Assembly: GCA_951406725.2 (NCBI GenBank)
Contig: OX597831.1
Span: forward strand, 68,262,001-68,326,000
DNA length: 64,000 nt
Source of the DNA: Octopus vulgaris
Lineage: Eukaryota
Direction of reading: 5' to 3'
Shown here piece by piece: positions 13,266-25,845 of the stretch. Position 1 is the stretch's first letter. Each line of letters opens with the position of its first letter. The translations under genes and the position numbers were made by a program. The notes beneath the pieces are model-generated. The model saw nothing but the letters and a program-made list of their open reading frames with translations, ran no database searches and was not told the DNA's origin.

Positions 13266-14590
13266 TATTATTATTATTGTTATTATTACTGACTCTCATT
13301 GTTATTATTATTGACTCTCATAGTATAATGATGTTTGATTCTCCTTTCGAAACATATTTTTCTCCAGCATTTCTTAATGAAATTTTCTTTGGAGTATTAG
13401 CTAAAAGGACTACTATTGCATAAGGGGGTGCTGTTCTTGATAGCCTAGAACAGTCAACAGAAAAATTGGTTTCTGAAGCACATTACAATTTCATGCTTAA
13501 AAGGGATAAACCACATAATTATGCTAGATGGCAAAACACTGCAATGGCTAAAATAAATAAATAAATAAATGAATAAAATACAAAATCAAAAGCACAGAGC
13601 TAAATGTTTTTTACTGTATACTATTTTCTATTACTCATGTTTATATATAATCTCTGGCAGATTTTGAGTGGTGTGTTCTAAATGCACTTGGAATTTACTT
13701 TGTGTTCTTGTCTAGTCTAGCTAGTTTATTTAACATCCATTTGAGAATGTTCTAACTGTAACCTATGGTTAGGACAGCTATTCCTATCAATAGCTGTTAG
13801 GACAGCTATTGATGCCTATTACTTCTGATTTAAATATTAATTGAATTCAAATACATTCCTTCCTTATCTTTCTTTTCATTTGTGTATGTATGTTCAACAC
13901 TGTATAATTCATTGATTCTTAAGTATTTGCATGTCTGTGTTTGGTGTAATTCTCCTATGCAGCTCCTTTATCTATTATGATATTAGTATTCTTAAATTTC
14001 CTCTCTTTAATGTAATTTGGCTTGTTTTTCTTAGCTGAATTTCATATTGATTTCTTTGGTAAATTAATTTACTGTCTGCAGTAATATTTTTGCTTTATTA
14101 TTTGCAACAGACAACTTGAGATCCTCCAAATTCAAAAGACTTACCTCGATCCAGAGGTGACATTAGGTGAAAGCAATTGAGAGCATGTCTGCATGCAGTG
14201 AATGACCAGGAGTTGTTATGCTCTTAGATAATAAGGCTTGCTGAGAACAGCTTTTTGAACATTCAATCCACTGGTGATCTCATCCAATCAGTCTGCAAGA
14301 ATCAGACTTCTCATTTAACAGCAGGCACACCCATATTTACTAAAGATTTGTACTGGTACTCTACTTGTTAACGTAGTTTGCTAAAGTGTGTTTAGAGAAC
14401 ATATAACTTCTATACATTCTTTGAGTCATAGGTAAGAGTTGCATACAAAGCAGAGACTAAAGGCTGATGGCATGTTTTCAAAGAAACATAACAAGTGCTT
14501 TCTACAGAGATCCTAGTCCAAACTGAATGCCTATATACAATGTAACATTACCTAAGCTAGTACTTGAAGACCATATTATTATATATATGT

Positions 14591-14976
14591 CGGAGGCACA
14601 ATGGCCCAGTGGTTAGGGCAGTGGACTCGCGGTCATAGGATCGCGGTTTCGAATCCCAGACCAGGCGTTGTGAGTGTTTATTGAGCGAAAACACCTAAAG
14701 CTCCACGAGGCTCTGGCAGGGGTTGGTGGTGATCCCTGCTGTACTCTTTCACCACTCTTTCTCCCACTCTTACTTCCTGTTTCTGTTGTACCTGTATTTC
14801 AAAGGGCCGGCCTTGTCACTCTCTGTGTCACGCTGAATATCCCCGAGAACTACGTTAAGGGTACACGTGTCTGTGGAGTGCTCAGCCACTTACACGTTAA
14901 TTTCACGAGCAGGCTGTTCCGTTGATTCGGATCAACCGGAACCCTCGTCATCGTAACCGACGGAGTGCTTCCAAAA
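14591..14976 (+). mobile_element. SINE family B (tail type 1)
   Basis: 13-bp TSD attatatatatgt at 14578-14590 and 14977-14989. Anticodon-like loop ctcgcgg (TCG). Confidence 0.92.
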
Positions 14977-15290
14977 ATTATATATATGTATATTTGACAT
15001 CACAAATATGCAGTAAGATGAAGAATAGTCTTTTATTTGTCTTAAGGTTATCAAATAACCAATTAAACATCTAAGCCTTGAAACTGAATTGGTTATTGAG
15101 TTTTCTTTCCTCTTCCAGCAATTCTAAGTCATTTTTAGTTGCCCAGAGAGAAAAGAAAGGTGATAGACTGATCTTCTTTCTAACACATCCATTTGTCCAC
15201 CTAAAGCATTGATTACTTACTCCAGCAGTTGTAATTGATTAATCCCAGGCCAACCCAAACTGGTGTACTTTCGAAATTCTTATGTCATTC

Positions 15291-15703
15291 GGATCTTTTC
15301 GGTTTGAAAGGCAGTTTTTAACATAATTTCTAGGTAACTAAAAAATTTGAAACTTCCTATACTGGTAGAATGTGTTTATAAAATATCTTTTTCTCTTGAC
15401 TATATTAAGAAAATTCTATAGTTTGTAAAATATTTGTTGTTTTTTTCTTCAATTTCTGCAATTTCAACCTCAATGTCCATTGAGGTAAAAAAAACATTCT
15501 GTGCTGTATGAATATGTCCCTCGTTTAAGAAACAGATTGGGTTTATTTACATTTGCAAAGAAAAAAAAATACCCTTCCCCTCACCCCTAACCCTAACCCT
15601 AAAACAGATTGAAATGCAATAGATCGATACTAGGGTAATAATTATGGGTGACAATTTCATATGACACTGATAGAAAAAACTGCTGTTCAAACCGAAAAGA
15701 TCC
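15291..15703. mobile_element. Complete 413-bp MITE with ~28-bp TIRs, 8-bp TSD and internal (CCCTAA)n
   Basis: TIRs ggatcttttcggtttgaaaggcagtttt and aaaactgctgttcaaaccgaaaagatcc. TSD tgtcattc at 15283-15290 and 15704-15711. Confidence 0.93.
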
Positions 15704-18700
15704 TGTCATTCTAACTATGTGGAGATTTGACTGCTATTTGTAGCAAGGTGAACGACTCATATGGATGCTTTCATTCATATTAAAAGAACTCAGAAAGTGC
15801 AATGTGTGTAACATTTTCCTTCTGTCAATTGAAATCTAATCTCTTTTATCATCTTGATACAAAACATAAAATGTATTTTAACCTGAGTTTTCTGAGAATT
15901 TTATAATTTTGAAAAGAACAGAGAGAAAAAAATTTTGCATTAGTCAAAAATGTGATTATCAAAATAAAAAATTCCAAACACAATAAAAATAAAGTCTTAA
16001 CTGGAAATCCAGCAACCTGTTAAAGGTTATAGAAAATTTTAACTTTCATAAATTAACAGAAACTCTTGAGTTTGGATTAAATGTCTTATGGTAATGAAAT
16101 TTTTTACAATACACTGTGAGGTCATAGCTTACTAAGAGCAACGCTGCCATTCATTTCTCAAGCATTGATAAAGTAAGGATTAATAAATTGAAGTCAATTC
16201 TGTTGACTCCTCTTCCTCTATAAATATTGGTTTAGTTGCCATAAAAATCCGACACAATCTTCTTTCGATGATCATGCTTTTGATTATGTAAATCTTGTTT
16301 CTTCAAATTAATAGCATTCAGAGAAAAGTGAAACTGAAACGAGTATTATGTTTTGCATTAATTTTAGATGACAAAAGAGATTAGATTGGTGTAGTGAGAG
16401 AGAAAATATAATACATTGCATTTTTACTGCATTCGGTATGATTAGCTCAGTTAAACATTCCATGTGTTGTAAGTGGAAAAGTCTTTTTGACTTTTTATAT
16501 TATGAAAGAAAATATGAGATTAAAGATTATTTTTGTTTAAAGGCAAAATCTAGGTTTTAAAATTAAAATTCTTATGGATAGAAAAATTAAACTTTCTCCA
16601 CAAGAAACTATTTGTATATTATAACAATTTTGTGCTGTATATTCATAAAGCTTTAATTTTTTGCTTTTCTTAGAAGGAAATAGGGTAGCTATTGCTTATA
16701 TTATTTCATAATAATGAGTCAATAAGAGAACATATATAAAGTCATTATGCTAAAAATCGAGCCAGATCTCCCTCATATGTTATTAACTTATAAAAGAACA
16801 CATTGGATAATGTAGTCCAACTTATCCCAAGGTACACTATGCTTGATAAAAAGATGGGATAGTTATTGTTGCAACACTTTTCAATCTAGGATTAAATAAC
16901 AAATAGTAGTGGCAAAGGTGACATGAAGTTATTTTGGAGGAAACTATAAAACAAATTGAAACCCTGTTACTGTAAAAGCTTCCCATTTAATTTAGTACTG
17001 AAGTAAAAATTGAAACATCAACATTTAAATTTAGACTGATAGCAGCCAAGTTGAAGCATTGATAGTGAAGTGTTTATGTAAACTTAGACCTTACAGAATG
17101 TGATCTATCACAAAAGTTGTGTGAGAGAAACATCTCTCTCTCAGTCAGAGGAGGATGGGGGCATCCATAAGTCTTTTTCAGTACCTCCATGTCTAGTAGT
17201 AGAAAGGAAGGAAATTACTCCCAAACCAGAGACCAGGTTTAAATGTTTGCAACAGTGATCTTAGTTCAAAACACTCAAGGGTCAGAAAGTATTTTTGGAT
17301 ATGTAACATTGTAAACATTGTGAAACTATTGCTGAAACAAATCTAGAAAACTTGTTATAAACCATATGCTTAATTTGTTTGTAAACGTTGTTGTTGGATA
17401 TCACCTGAAAGGAGAATTTGAAGCCTGTGTGTAAGCTGTGATGTTAGACGAAAATTAGAGAATCACCAAATAATTTATAAAAGTAATTAGTCACTATAGT
17501 CAATTGTATGTATGTGTCTATGCATATGTGTTGGTGTGTGTGTGTGTGTGTCTTTGCATATGTGTATACATATGTGCATATGTGTATGCATATGTTTTTA
17601 TGATATATATTTGCATATGTGTATACATATATACACACATCCATATAGTTTAACAGTCCAACAAGCTTTTAGTTCCTTTCTCTACTACAACAAAATATGC
17701 TCATAAACTCAAAATTTGAGTCTTGCATATATTACTATGAAATACATCGAAGCCACCCTACTTTAGATGGCTACTAATTATTCATATAAATATAGGACTG
17801 ATATTCTACGATGTCCAAGTAAAAATATTAACTTACTAGCAGAGATACCTGGTGTTGTCCGTGTTACATGCAACTGAGGAATTAGACTTTTCTGTTATAT
17901 TCTCTGTAATGAACTGGAATATCTGTTTCGAATTTCATCAAAATTGCAGATGATGGTTATTTCCCTCCTTACACACCCCCAAAAAATTGTAATTGTGTCA
18001 CATGTATCCCATACTACTGATTTTTATGCGCATATTCCAAAATTACAGTCTTATTGAACCTGTTAAAAAGATTTTGCTCCTGAAAAATGGAGGTCATGGA
18101 GCTCTAAAATGTGAGAGTTAAGGCCTCTGTTGGGGGTGGGCATCTTAATGTCAACCAGAGAAGTTGAATTGTTGAGAATCTTTTTAACTTGGGTCTTATA
18201 TCTATTGTTTGAATTTCTATGTAATAGGAAATATATGTTCCCTGGATTTGTAAAAGAGAGCAAAGCTATGGAAACCAAAAGACAAATGATCACAATAAGC
18301 AGTCAGCTAGCCTACCCTAGTCGTTACCACTCCCAATGTAGGATTCCTCACCATCCAGGTGACAGGCACAGCTGTAAGATGCATTAGGAATCTATAGCAA
18401 TTGGAAGGGTGTGACCTAACTGAAATAAGTATTAACAACTGTGTGACGTGAGGGCTAAGGAGAAATGAAAGTGTCGCCTCTGGAGTTTACAAATGACCAC
18501 TATACTGATACATAAGTGGACAGAATAAATTTACAATCTATAAATGTCTTTGAATAACCAGTCACTCATCTGGGAAGGCTTTGAAATCAATGTTACCATC
18601 TGGGGACTATGTGTGACCCACTGATAATGAAAAGACTGAAAGCAGGTCTGCAATCAAATAAATTTACTCAACACTTTGCAACTGAATCAGTGGAGTCAAA

Positions 18701-19149
18701 GATGCCTCTCATTTACTTGGCAATTTATGCACCACATTGCAGAAATCACAATGTAAATGTATGTCAAAGTAAACTGTTACACTGTTGTACCATTGAATTA
18801 CAAATAATGCTCATCTTTTATGCTCGAGTAACCCTACAACTTTCAAGAGCACAACTGTATTCGTTTTTGCTTAGATAAAATGACAAAATTATGGGTGTTA
18901 AGTCCCCATGGAGGGATCTTTGTAACTTGTAAGATGATGAAATTTTATAAATATTACTTCATTTGTGTCTAATATCTATGGTTAAAATTTCATCAACAGT
19001 AAAGATTTATGAATTGTCATGGGGTTTATGGCCCTTGTGCATAGAATATAATTTCCAAATTTCATAAAGATCCATTCAGTACTTTTGATCTAGTTTTGGA
19101 TCATAAAAGAAATGACTAAAATTTAGGAGTTAAGGCCCCCATTAGAGTG

Positions 19150-19197
<48 letters not shown>

Positions 19198-19200
<3 letters not shown>

Positions 19201-19308
19201 CTGCTTGCTTAGCCAGCGGGGTGGCGTCATTTGAAGGCTAAAACATTGCGAAGCACATTGTGACCAGCGATGTGTAACAACATCTGATAGCCTGATCGGT
19301 CACGTGAT
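19198..19308 (+). mobile_element. 5'-truncated SINE B tail type 2 inserted in (TA)n
   Basis: Matches the 3' part of 30148-30452. Flanked on both sides by (TA)n. Confidence 0.85.
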
Positions 19309-19473
19309 ATATATATATATATATAACACCCTAATGAGGGCCTTAACACCCAAGTTTTAGTAATTTCTTTATATCTATATCCATATATAAATATAGATAC
19401 ACACACACACACACACATACAAAGATAAATTGATAGATACAACTGAGTGGGCAAACAAAAATATGAGACACAG

Positions 19474-19813
19474 CCTAGTGCTTTTTATAATGTTGATAAG
19501 CCTGGTACTTATTCTATCAGTTTGTTCTTGTGAAACCAGTAAGTTATGGGGATGTAAATAAATGAACACCAGTTGTGAAGCAGTGATGAAGGCGAAACAC
19601 AGAGACAAAGACACACACATACACTTACATATATACATACACATATATATACAATTGATTTCTTTCAGTTTCTCTCTACAAAATCCACTGACAAGGCTTT
19701 GGTTGGCCTGAGGCTATAGCAGAAGACACATACCAAGTTACCATACAGTGGGACTGAACTGAGGACCTTGTGTTTTGGAACCAAGTTTGTTACCACACAG
19801 CCACACCTGCGCC
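19474..19813 (-). mobile_element. SINE family A (diverged, tail incomplete)
   Basis: Head ggcgcaggtgtggctgtgtggtaac on the minus strand. Confidence 0.8.
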
Positions 19814-19814
19814 T

Positions 19815-19900
19815 ATGTATGTGTGTGTGGGTGTGTGTATGTGTGTATATATGTATGCATGTATATATGTGCATATATATGTGTACATATTACATGTACA

Positions 19901-19953
<53 letters not shown>

Positions 19954-19978
19954 ATATATATACATCTCCACATGCATG

Positions 19979-20014
<36 letters not shown>

Positions 20015-20309
20015 TCTCCACATGCATGTATATATATATATATATATATGTGTATATATATATACATCTCCACATGCATGCATATATATACATCTATATC
20101 TATAGAAATACATCTATACATATACATGTATATATACATGTATATATACATGTATATATATATATACATGTATGTATATATATATACACATCTAAATAGA
20201 AATTTAAAATAATAAGGGTGAAAAATTGAATATCAATTTGATTAATATGAATTGAAAATATGTATGCATGTATATATGTGTATATATATGTGTACATATT
20301 ACATGTACA

Positions 20310-20349
<40 letters not shown>

Positions 20350-20448
20350 TACACATATACAGCTATACATATACATGTATACATATACACCTATATATAC
20401 ACACATCTATATGTATACATCTATATATATACATCTATATGTATACAT
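19815..20448. repeat. Complex (TA)/(TG)/(CATG) microsatellite block with internal duplications
   Basis: catctccacatgcatg occurs three times. A ~65-bp block is repeated near 19849 and 20258. Confidence 0.9.
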
Positions 20449-21267
20449 AGCGGATCTTCTTCTAGCAAAATGGATGTCCACTGTTAATGGTTCATCCCTG
20501 TTATATAATAGCTTTACTTTATTAGTTTCAGTATTAAAGTGAAAGTATCTGACATTACAATAGCGAGATGTTTTTGTTTCACTTTTAACACGTAATACTG
20601 AAGAAGATATGATATTGCTGTGGGCCCGCCCTAGGCAAGAAGTTAAATATTTCTTTTGCCCATGACACTACATGGGCTCTAAGTAAGACATGTGTAAAAT
20701 TTGAATGAAATTGGTTGTGTAGTTCTCAAGTTTTAGGGATTCACACAGACAGACAGACACACATTCTCAGTTTTATATATATAGCTTAACAGAGGAATAT
20801 TTAATTAGATTAAAATGCATTTTTATGTAGGCTAGGATCTAATATAAGTATAATTGTTTAAAGAGATGAGAACTTGTTTTGCATGATTTGTTAAGTATGA
20901 AAAGTATGCCATGAGAAAAAGTACAACTTGTTTTTCAAGTAATACTCATTATTTAAAAAGAATTATTTATAATTTCTCAATAAAGTGTTTTGAACAAAAT
21001 TTTGAAGTGTTTCTTCTTGTCACAGCTGCTGAAAGACATTCCCTTTTATTATTTATTATAAGAAAATCTGATTCACAGTGAAAACAATTTCGCATCGTAC
21101 TAGATAAGTAAATCACAATTCAAACAGTAATGCCAGTATGTTGCAATACACAACAAAGAAGACTATTCTACTGATAGAAGTATGAAGGAGAAAGCATTTT
21201 TAAATCTCTCTTCTAATTACATATAATGTGTATGTATGTGTATATACATTTATTTATCACCAACTTC

Positions 21268-22100
21268 ATCATCATTGTAAATTTCCACTTTCCATACTTG
21301 TATGATTCACACAGAATATATTAAAGTAGATTTTCTATAGCTGGATGCTCTTCTAGTTGCCAACCTAATTCTCCCCAAACCAGTCATTTTTTGTGGAAAA
21401 TTGGAAATAAACAACACCTGTTGCACAATAGTGACACGTGTTTACAACTATCATGTAATGTCAATGCAAGGAGATCGTAATGCACACACATACTCATGCA
21501 TGCATACATACATACATTATTATGGCTGCCCCCTTGTTATCGAGTATGGCCATTGCACGAAGCTTAACTGTTACTGGTGCCGTGATCAAATGTGACTTTT
21601 TAGCCCAGCTAAAGATCTACAATGTCTTGTACAGAATTGGCCACTAAAACCTTTACCAGTAATAGCCGGCTGTAGTTGTAACTGGGCTTCATTTACCTTT
21701 GCATGTCGTTTAAGTCCTCCTGCCGAATTACACTCTCTTCCACATGCCTGACAGATATGATTAGTATGGTATGTTACACCACCACCACCAGTGGCCAGGT
21801 AGTCACTCATCTGTCTCACTTTATGACTACGAAGATGACTCTTGAGTCCAGCTTTATTGAGGCAGAGTCTTGCACAGACATTGCATGTCAGCATCATACA
21901 TACATACATACATACATACATACATACATACACAGGTACGTACATATGTACATATATACATACATATACATGCATACAAACATACACTCGCTCACACACA
22001 CATAACATTCTGCTTTCAATTTCTGTCTACTAAATCCACTCACATGGATTTAGACTGTCTGGGCTATAGAAGAGGACACCTGCTCAGGTGCCACGCAGTG
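21268..22100 (-). mobile_element. SINE family A head with RTE-type tail, interrupted by an RTE fragment
   Basis: Head remnant at ~22010-22100 (ccactcac...ggacacctgctcaggtgccacgcagtg). Tail at 21268-21490 ends ggaaagtggaaatttacaatgatgatg on the minus strand. Confidence 0.6.
21517..21893 (-). mobile_element. RTE-type LINE 3' end encoding three C2H2-like zinc fingers
   Basis: CNVCARLCLNKAGLKSHLRSH, CQACGRECNSAGGLKRHAKV and FCTRHCRSLAGLKSHI are followed by a short UTR and (TAA) tail. Inserted in (CATA)n. Confidence 0.7.
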
Positions 22101-23615
22101 CTAGATCTTACAGCCACTGGATTGCAACACCAAGCAAAGCACAACTCTGCAGAGCGCTTTAGTTTTATTAACAAAGCAAAAGAAAATACAACTCCTTTAC
22201 ACTTTAAGGAAGTAAAAAAAAAATGGCATCCAACTGTAAGCTAGAATAATTTTATCAACTGAACAATCCCATTCTTCCAGTATGAAAAAACATGGATCTA
22301 CAGCAGAGAGAATAATGTAAACAACACAAGATCTCAAAATAAATTTTGTACACGTACTTAATGACATTGTGTATTTATCATGAATATATTTAAGATATTG
22401 TGTGTGTGTGTGTGTGTGTTTTGCACTGTTACGCTGTCTTTCTCATTCACAATACTTTTCAACACATTCCAAAAACAAATTCTCTTTAGAATAAATGTTT
22501 ACAATTTTAAGAAGTTATATTGCAAATTTACATGAAATCATCATTTCGTTTAATGATAAAAAAAAAAGAAAAGAGAAAAAAGTGATAGGCTTGCAGTCAT
22601 AGCATTTGATAGTTGAATTATAATTTGAGTTCAGTCAGTAAAGAATACTGAAAGGAACCAAAAAATATTTTCAATTCTAATGCTGCGTTTTAACTTAAAC
22701 TTGGTTTTGGGAATCAGTTATCCTACATTGTTGGCAATAGTTTATGTAAGTTAATTTTTCTGAGTATTTTTTCTATGGATTATTCAAAGGGAAGTTTCTA
22801 AGACTATGGCTTTGCAGATCCTTTCCACCAAGATTATCTTTTATTTGTGTTTAATTCTTATAATGTGAAAGCAGTGGTATTTTATTCCTTTTTTTTTTTT
22901 TTTTTTTTTGTCAGAAGAGAAACAAGGTACAGCAAATGAGAAATTCAAACCATTTCAATAGTTGAAGATAAAAATTTGCTTCACTATAATGAAGAAGACT
23001 AAAAAGTTTAGCACTTAGGAAAATGAAAATTAAAACATTTTAACTTCCTTTTGTTCAGCTTCAGGCCAACACTGGCTGATCATATATATGATAAAAGATA
23101 TTGAAGATATGATTATCAGATTTTTGTTTCAGGGATAATGTATCCAGAATTACATTAACTTTCTGGGAACATACTACACTCAAGATCAGAGGTATCACAA
23201 AATGAAATAAATTAACAAAATAGTTAAATTCAGGCCTTGATGCAGATTTACAATTGAATTTTATGATGTCCATGTTAGAATATTTAGTCAGTTAAAGCAA
23301 AATAAAATGTTCACATTTTATATTACTTCAGAAATACAAGAAATATTAAATCAATAAATTGTCTGCATTGATATATCAATGTCTGCTGAATTTAATTGCT
23401 TTAAAATATGTATAATATTGGACTTCTAAATATATTTCTGTAAACTGGAGCAGCACTACTTGAATCTAAACCAGCGATATAAGTAAATCATAAGCTCTGG
23501 CTGATAATTTTTCAAGACTATGTGAAGAATTTCTTTCTTTTAGTCATTAAATCTTTGCTACATAGCTATTACCTATCTACTCAGTTCCCAGTCTTGCTTT
23601 TCATAAAAATCAGAT

Positions 23616-24012
23616 TCTCTTTACTCTTTATTTGTTTCAGTCATTTGACTGCAGCCATGCTGGAGCACCGCCTTTAGTCGAGCAAATCGACCCCAGGACT
23701 TATTCTTTGTAAACCTAGTACTTATTCTATCAGTCTCTTTTGCCGAACCACTAAGTTACGGGGACGTGAACACACCAGCATCGGTTGTCAAGCGTTGCTG
23801 TGGGACAAACACAGATAAACATATACACACACATACACATATATATACATATACGACGGGCTTCTTCCAGTTTCCATCTACCAAATCCACTCACAAAGCT
23901 TTGGTCGGCCCGAGGCTATCGTAGAAGACACTTGCCCAAGGTACTATGCAGTGGGACTGAACCCGGAACCATGTGGTTGGTAAGCAAGCTACTTACCACA
24001 CAGCCACTCCTA
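23616..24012 (-). mobile_element. SINE family A
   Basis: Full-length match to the other copies. Confidence 0.92.
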
Positions 24013-24648
24013 TGGCTAATCAAAATTGAGCAGAACTGTGTTCAAAGGCATTTCATAAGACTGCATTATCTAAAGAGTCCTTTCTTTTTTAAGATAACAG
24101 TGTTATTTCAGGGCGATTTGTCTGCTATTTCTAGTCATTTGAGTTATTGCATCTTCCTCTATTTGTCAGTCTAATGTAATGTGAATGGACCAGAGTGATG
24201 TACAGCATGGAATAGTAAGAAAAAGTTATATAATGAAATTGAAACAATTACACTGAAGATGAATCATTTAATTATTTTAAAAACTCCAAGTATGCTTTAT
24301 TCATTTATATTTCGTTTTTAGTACAACTGCTTATTATGAAGTGTGAAGAAGTGTTGTTGCACTTTCATAACCTTACGCCAAATAAAAATTCATCTACACG
24401 GCACTAGTGATAGAAAATATCTAAATGATGACAGGTTATTTTTACACTTCTCTTCTATATATGGCAATACCTTAAAAAGACTAAATTTCTGTAAGCAGTA
24501 AGTAAACTGTTTTTCAGTGAAAGCTTTAACTTTAAAAAGAAGACAATTTATACAGCTAATTTATAACCACTTTAATATTTGGGGTTTAAATAGACAACTT
24601 TTGTTGCAGTAATAACATTTTGAATCTGATAGATGCCATTACTAAAGT

Positions 24649-24970
24649 TCATCATCATCATCGTTTAACGTCCGCTTTCCATGCTAGCATGGGTTGGATG
24701 ATTTTCACTGAGGGCTGGCGAACCAGATGGTTGCACCAGGCTCCAATCTTGATTTGGCAGAGTTTCTACAGCAGGATGCCCTTCCTAATGCCAACCACTC
24801 CGAGAGTGTAGTGGGTGCTTTTTACGTGCCACTGGCACGGGGGCCAGTCAGGCAGCACTGGCAATGACCTCACTTGAATCCTTTTACACATGCCACCAGC
24901 ACAAGTGCCAGTAAGGTGACTTTGGTAACGATCACGTTCGAATGGTGCTCTTTTACATGCCAGTGGTATG
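24649..24970 (-). mobile_element. RTE LINE 3' UTR fragment with ~66-bp subrepeats
   Basis: (CAT)n tail, ggatgcccttcctaatgccaaccac motif and tggtgctttttacgtgcc repeats. Confidence 0.85.
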
Positions 24971-25254
24971 TAAAGATATAATTTGAAAAACAGAAGAATA
25001 TTGAATATATAGAAAATATAACCAAAGCTAATTATGACAAAGTCACAAGCTAATTCGAACTACATCAATAAAAGAGACATACCTGGATTGAAGCTATACA
25101 GCAATATACTGAGAAGCAGCTGATAGAGACACTGGCAGGTTAAATTAATGTCTTTGCATGTTGCTCAAAAGTTTAGAATGTAAATTACACATTGCTTATT
25201 AAACTACACTAGATAAAGACACTGCTTGCTTTAAATTATACTTTAGTATATAGA

Positions 25255-25653
25255 GGCGCAGGAGTGGCTGTGTGGTAAGTAGCTTGCTTACCAACCACAT
25301 GGTTCCGGGTTCATTCCTACTGTGTGGCACCTTGGGCAAGTGTCTTCTACTATAGCATCGGGCTGACCAAAGCCTTGTGAGTGGATTTGGTAGATGGAAA
25401 CTGAAAGAAGCCCGTCGTATATATGTGTATATATATATATATGTATGTGTCTATATTTGTGTGTCTGTGTTTGTCTCTCCAACATCGCTTGACAACTGAT
25501 GCTGGTGTGTTTACGTCCTCGTAACTTAGCGGTTTGGCAAAAGAAACTTATAGAATAAGTACTAGGCTTACAAAGAATAATTTCTGGGGTCGATTTGCTC
25601 GACTAAAGGCGGTGCTCCAGCATGGTCGCAGTCAAATGATTGAAACAAGTAAA
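25255..25653 (+). mobile_element. SINE family A
   Basis: Full-length ggcgcaggagtggctgtgtgg...tgaaacaagtaaa. Confidence 0.92.
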
Positions 25654-25673
25654 GTGAGGCTTGCCTTATTTAA

Positions 25674-25845
25674 CCCTTTACTTGAATTGATCATGCATAT
25701 ACTGTAGATTTGAGATTTCAATGACATGATTGTTTATTTTCAGAATGGCATTGTTGGGTAGGTGTAAGAGGCCAGATATGGCTAATTTGAAGATAAAACA
25801 GGTAGATTATTCAGGCCAGATACGACTGATTTAAATGCTAAAGGC
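25674..25845. mobile_element. piggyBac-type MITE (partly deleted)
   Basis: TTAA-cccttta ... aatgctaaaggc-TTAA. TTAA lies on both sides. Confidence 0.6.

Larger units (their letters stand above)
17836..20785 (-). mobile_element. Probable non-autonomous Helitron with nested insertions
   Basis: Minus-strand 3' end cacggacaacaccaggtatctctgCTAG followed by T (decayed hairpin plus CTAG). Minus-strand 5' end ctatatatataaaactgagaatgtgtgtctgtctgtc, with the (GTCT)n start typical of Lep1-like Helitrons. That both ends belong to one element is inferred. Confidence 0.5.

Noticed and set aside
14145-14292. Minus-strand exon candidate (ttgcag ... gtaagt)
   Set aside because: Stops occur in all three frames. 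A non-coding exon cannot be supported without RNA data.
21586-22008. Host C2H2 zinc-finger gene
   Set aside because: No TGEKP linkers or splice sites. The N-terminus is microsatellite, and the 3' side is a retroposon-type UTR and tail.
23133-23191. Plus-strand micro-exon candidate after ttttgtttcag
   Set aside because: Weak donor, no recognisable peptide and no partner exons.
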